DNA of 64,000 bases, taken from Macrostomum lignano. Lineage: Eukaryota. Below are positions 59,890-64,000 of this stretch, one piece after another (position 1 is the first letter of the stretch; each line of letters begins with the position of its first letter). The translations under genes and the position numbers were made by a program. The stretch is taken from positions 1-64,000 of the forward strand of contig NIVC01003560.1 in assembly GCA_002269645.1 (NCBI GenBank). Direction: 5' to 3'. The notes under the pieces were generated by a model. That model had not been told where the DNA came from. It saw nothing but the letters and a program-made list of their open reading frames with translations, and did no database searches.

Positions 59890-60350
59890 GCTGATCTGGT
59901 CGTCCGGCACTGACTGCTGTTGATGGTCGTCCGGCACTGACTGCTGTTGATGGTCGTCAGGCACTGACTGCTGTTGATGGTCGTCCGGCACTGGCTGCTG
60001 TTGATGGTCGTCCAGCACTGACTGCTGTTGATGGTCGTCCAGCACTGACTGCTGTTGATGGTCGTCCAGCACTGACTGCTGTTGATGGTCGTCCAGCACT
60101 GGCTGCTGTTGATGGTCGTCCAGCACTGGCTGCTGTTGATGGTCGTCAGGCACTGACTGCTGTTGATGGTCGTCCGGCACTGACTGCTGTTGATGGTCGT
60201 CAGGCACTGACTGCTGTTGATGGTCGTCAGGCACTGGCTGCTGTTGATGGTCGTCCGGCACTGACTGCTGTTGATGGTCGTCCGGCACTGATTGCTGTTG
60301 ATGGTCGTCAGGCACTGGCTGCTGTTGATGGTCGTCCGGCACTGACTGCT
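59890..60350 (-). repeat. 27-bp minisatellite, open frame PDDHQQQSV repeats
   Basis: About 17 units of GGCACTGACTGCTGTTGATGGTCGTCC; shares the GGGTCAGCGGGAGCTGATGGTC flank with the 56850 array. Confidence 0.9.
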
Positions 60351-61068
60351 ACTGTTTACAAGCTACTGTCAGAAAGTGAATGTTTTCGCTGATCTACTCG
60401 GCAGGCAATACATACCTATTACCAAGCCCATGACCTATCATATCCTCTCAAGACCTGCAAAGACAAAAATCTTCTCCTGGTGATACCCGGCGAAAGGCTG
60501 CATTCAAAGACCCAACTAGCTCGTTAACCTGACATTGATAGCGCATTCGCGATCACTTCAGTCGTTTAGTTCAAACCCATCTGTGTTCCAGTGGTAGCAA
60601 AATGTATCCACTCTCAATATTAGTATAAAAGCCTACCTATCAACCCAAAAAGGAATTCTATCTTTATAAATATCTCAGAAGTAATTTCAAAGTCATGAGG
60701 TATGTTTTAGAGAAAAACTTCTTTACTCCACTGGACAGAATCAGCAAACTTCACCAGCTTCTCTCTTGATCAGACGGAAAAAACTGAATTCGTGCTCTGA
60801 AATAAGATAGCATCCATGTAGTGATTAGGAAAAAAATTAGCGAAATAAGCATTTATTTAAAGTTATCCATGCGTAATACGCTTAATCCGGTAAAACGAAC
60901 ATTCTACAAAGGTTCTGCGAAGCAAAGACCAATTTAAACATTGAATTGACTGATCAATGATGACTGTTGAATTTACATGCCAAACAAAAATTCATCACGA
61001 GTACAACGCGCATTTTTAAAGAGCTATACATGTTTACTAAGAGCTATCGAACACGATGATAAGCAGTA

Positions 61069-62060
61069 CTAAGCGAGCTCAACTGCAGTCGCAGAACTAT
61101 TTCGCTCCTCCGTGCGACGCCCACAACAACGAGAACAACAGCATCGGCAGCAGCGCTTTGGCGATAATGTACGGAAAAAGGCCCTTCGAAAGTTGCCGCC
61201 CATGAAGTAAACTGGTCAGCTAAGGGCATTGTTCAAGTAAAGCAGGTTGTTAAGATTGCTGATCATATTATAAAAATGTAAAACTTCCTCGTTGGACTCG
61301 GACCAATCAAGTGCATCAATAAAACATCACTGAACTGTAAGGCAGGCAGCTAGGACACAGCGAAAAGCACGTTAATAAACACGAGCAGAGGCTGATTCGA
61401 ACCAGCGACCTCTGACGCTGTCGGCAGCTGTGGGGCTGCAGGCTGATCCGCCCAGCTGCTCGGTTGCTTCTGTAGATGCAGACGCAAATTCCGACTGTTC
61501 CCAGCGTCATCGCCGACAGAAGAAAGATCCGACCGAAGAACAGCTCCACCTTGATGTAGGTGATGTTCAGCTCTAGGCTATAGCCTACAAGTAAGCCAAA
61601 TAAAGTCATAACGGGCAGCACCAGTGCGGCTGCAGTGATGACGGCCAGCAAGATACGGCTCCTCCTGCGAGTCAGAATCTGCTGCGCTCGCATCGGCGCC
61701 GCCACAGCAACCAGACGATCCACGGTGAGGCCCAGTTGGAAGAAGTGCGCTCCCACAGTTGATCGAGTACACTCTGGTGAGTAGATAAACGGCTAACACA
61801 CTTAATCGGTCTTCAAATAGAAATTTAAATCGGCCTGTAATTCGATGCAGTTCCTCGAGGTATTGCAGAGGTCCGTGCAGAGTGACGGCCAGAAAGTCGT
61901 TGGCTGTGATGATGAGCAGGTACTGCCGAGTGACTCTGGGAAAGGACTCTCGGTTCTTCAGAATCACCCAGAATGAGCAGCCGTTCGCTATCGCGCCGGT
62001 GATGAACAGCAGTGGAAACAGCCACGTGTAAAAGTAAAGCGTTATAAACTTAATTTCCAT
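61069..62060 (-). pseudogene. GPCR paralog 3 (disrupted), inverted duplicate of paralog 2
   Basis: Near-identical to 41939-42871 over long stretches; +4 frameshift near 61765 and further indels near 61335-61390; same TGA-for-Trp (61216-61218). Confidence 0.85.
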
Positions 62061-63524
62061 CTCAAAAAATGAAATATTGGCTGGTAAACCACCATCTTAA
62101 TAGTAGTATATAGCTGCCATTGAATTCGGGTACCGTCCAATTCATTTTGCAACCGTAAAGTATTTTTCGAGTTCCAACTCGCTCACAGGCTTCGGTACAC
62201 TCGTGTTTGGCAGCAGAATTAGTGAGACGCAAGGCTGTTCAGTCAGCAGTCAGCAGGTGCTTTTATCATGAAGCGAAAGCGTGCGCATAATTAGACATTT
62301 CTGCTCTCTACATCGAATAGCGTCCGCTCAGGCGATGCAGTTGGGGTGAACAGACCCAGAATCTTAACGCCGACATGCACTTACACACTCCGATGGGTCT
62401 GTAGTTTGTGGTGTATCGGTTTACTGCGCGAATTCGATCATCTTTGTTTACTTTTATGGTAGGGTTAATGAAACTTAACTATAGGCAGTGGTGGAGCGTA
62501 TCTATCAATTGATCTGCCCAGAGTTGTAGTGTTAAATTTCTAAATTTTTATCTTCTCACTACAAATTCATTATTTATAGATAGTCTGCATTTCCCTTGAA
62601 ATGTTCAAATAGTTAATTAGAGATGTAGTGCATCTTTTTGGTACGTTTGAACGCAAGTGCAGTTGCCCACAGCTTCTTTTAACCATTGCTATGCACTTTT
62701 GGTGACAATAACACACGCAACGGCAATTTAAACAATAACAAAGGGTAAATTTATTTTTTTATGTTAGAAAAAAATCAAAAACTGTTCAACAAAGAAATCG
62801 TATGTTAATCAGTTAATACCATGCCTACACAGAAACGTCACTCAAAAAGAATATCGATCAGATTGCGACTGCCGCCAATGGTCACTTTCATCTTCTTTGA
62901 CGGAGCAGCCTGCACACGTAGTGCGCCGTCGGTCTGGACAGGCTCTTGATAAATATCCGCACATTCGTCCATCATAGCCTCGCTTATTGTGATTGGATTT
63001 TGGACGAGCTAGCGCTGACTAGATAGTGTCTTGTGCAGTCTTTGAGAGTGAAATTTTTGAGAATGTTCTGTGTGCCATGGCTTACGGAGGGAATCGCTGA
63101 AATGCACAACAAGGCTTATGGGAGAAATTGCTGAGATTTTGTTTTCATGAGGTATTTCCGAGATGCCAAGGGTCCGGGCTAGCGTTGCCATGGCTAAAGG
63201 GAGGCTTTGGTGTCTTACGAGCGTAGGCCATGTTGAAAGCTACATATGCATATAGTTTATTTAATCAATTTTTTACTCCTTTCTCCTCAATGAAAGGCGA
63301 AGATTGTTACTAGTGTGTTCTGATTGTGAGCTACAGTAACCGATCGTTAAAAAACATGCTGCCCATCGGCACAAAGCTTAACTGGTACTAACCTCTTAAA
63401 AACTGATGCTTGCTACTAAAAGTAAGGTTTTGCGCAAGCATTATTAAATGTTCTTCTGCATTTGCTTTGCTTTGAAACCTTATGCACTGATTTCATTGTT
63501 ACTGTCAGAAAATAGAAGCATGAT

Positions 63525-64000
63525 TCAATGCTGTGCTCAATGCTACACTGATTGTTCAATGCTGTGCTCAATGCTACACTGATTGTTCAATGCTGTGCTC
63601 AATGCTACACTGATTGGTCAGTGCTGTGCTCAATGCTACACTGATTGTTCAATGCTGTGCTCAATGCTACACTGATTGTTCAATGCTGTGCTCAATGCTA
63701 CACTGATTGGTCAGTGCTGTGCTCAATGCTACACTGATTGTTCAATGCTGTGCTCAATGCTACACTGATTGTTCAATGCTGTGCTCAATGCTACACTGAT
63801 TATTCAATGCAGTGCTCAGTGCTACACTGATTGTTCAGTGCTGTGCTCATTGCTACACTGATTGTTCAATGCTGTGCTCAATGCTACACTGATTATTCAA
63901 TCCTGTGCTCAATGCTACACTGATTGGTCAATGCTGTGCTCAATGCTACACTGATTGTTCAATGCTGTGCTCAATGCTACACTGATTGGTCAATGCTGTG
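63525..64000. repeat. 31-bp minisatellite (CAATGCTGTGCTCAATGCTACACTGATTGTT)n
   Basis: Direct reading; runs off the window end. Confidence 0.95.

Noticed and set aside
60430-60800. Possible minus-strand exons upstream of the PDDHQQQ array
   Set aside because: Stops in all frames tried; no consistent spliced ORF could be built
62840-63191. Minus-strand frame (..MMDECADIYQEPVQ..LIDILFE*) as a possible terminal exon
   Set aside because: Interrupted by an in-frame TAG, no recognisable domain, and upstream exons not identifiable in the window

Overview
Eukaryotic (metazoan) genomic DNA. It has GT-AG spliced genes with GC-rich exons, introns packed with mini/microsatellites, and a (CCCTAA)n tract. 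This architecture resembles the flatworm Macrostomum lignano (inference only). Genes assembled by hand with phase-consistent splice junctions: 3' end of a multi-WSC-domain gene (+), a complete 8-exon glycyl-tRNA synthetase (-, 676 aa), a PP2C-like (CG9801-family) gene (+), a 3-exon orphan secreted 8-Cys protein (+) and a complete 6-exon MAPKAP kinase 2 (+, 351 aa). Also present are one intact and two disrupted class A GPCR paralogs, and two tandem paralogs of an orphan gene carrying amphipathic-helix repeats. Mobile DNA includes a ~9 kb Harbinger transposon interrupted by a near full-length LOA-clade LINE (12-bp TSD), a piggyBac relic interrupted by an RTE-like LINE, and several MITEs, three with exact 8-bp TSDs. 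The most notable observations are (i) a CPEB3/HDV-like ribozyme fold at the LINE 5' end, (ii) a GlyRS with a presequence-like N-terminus, no internal Met before the WHEP domain and no insertion 3, and (iii) an orphan gene with a tandemly amplified, KK-delimited 25-aa amphipathic peptide. No database searches were run; family assignments rest on recognised motifs.
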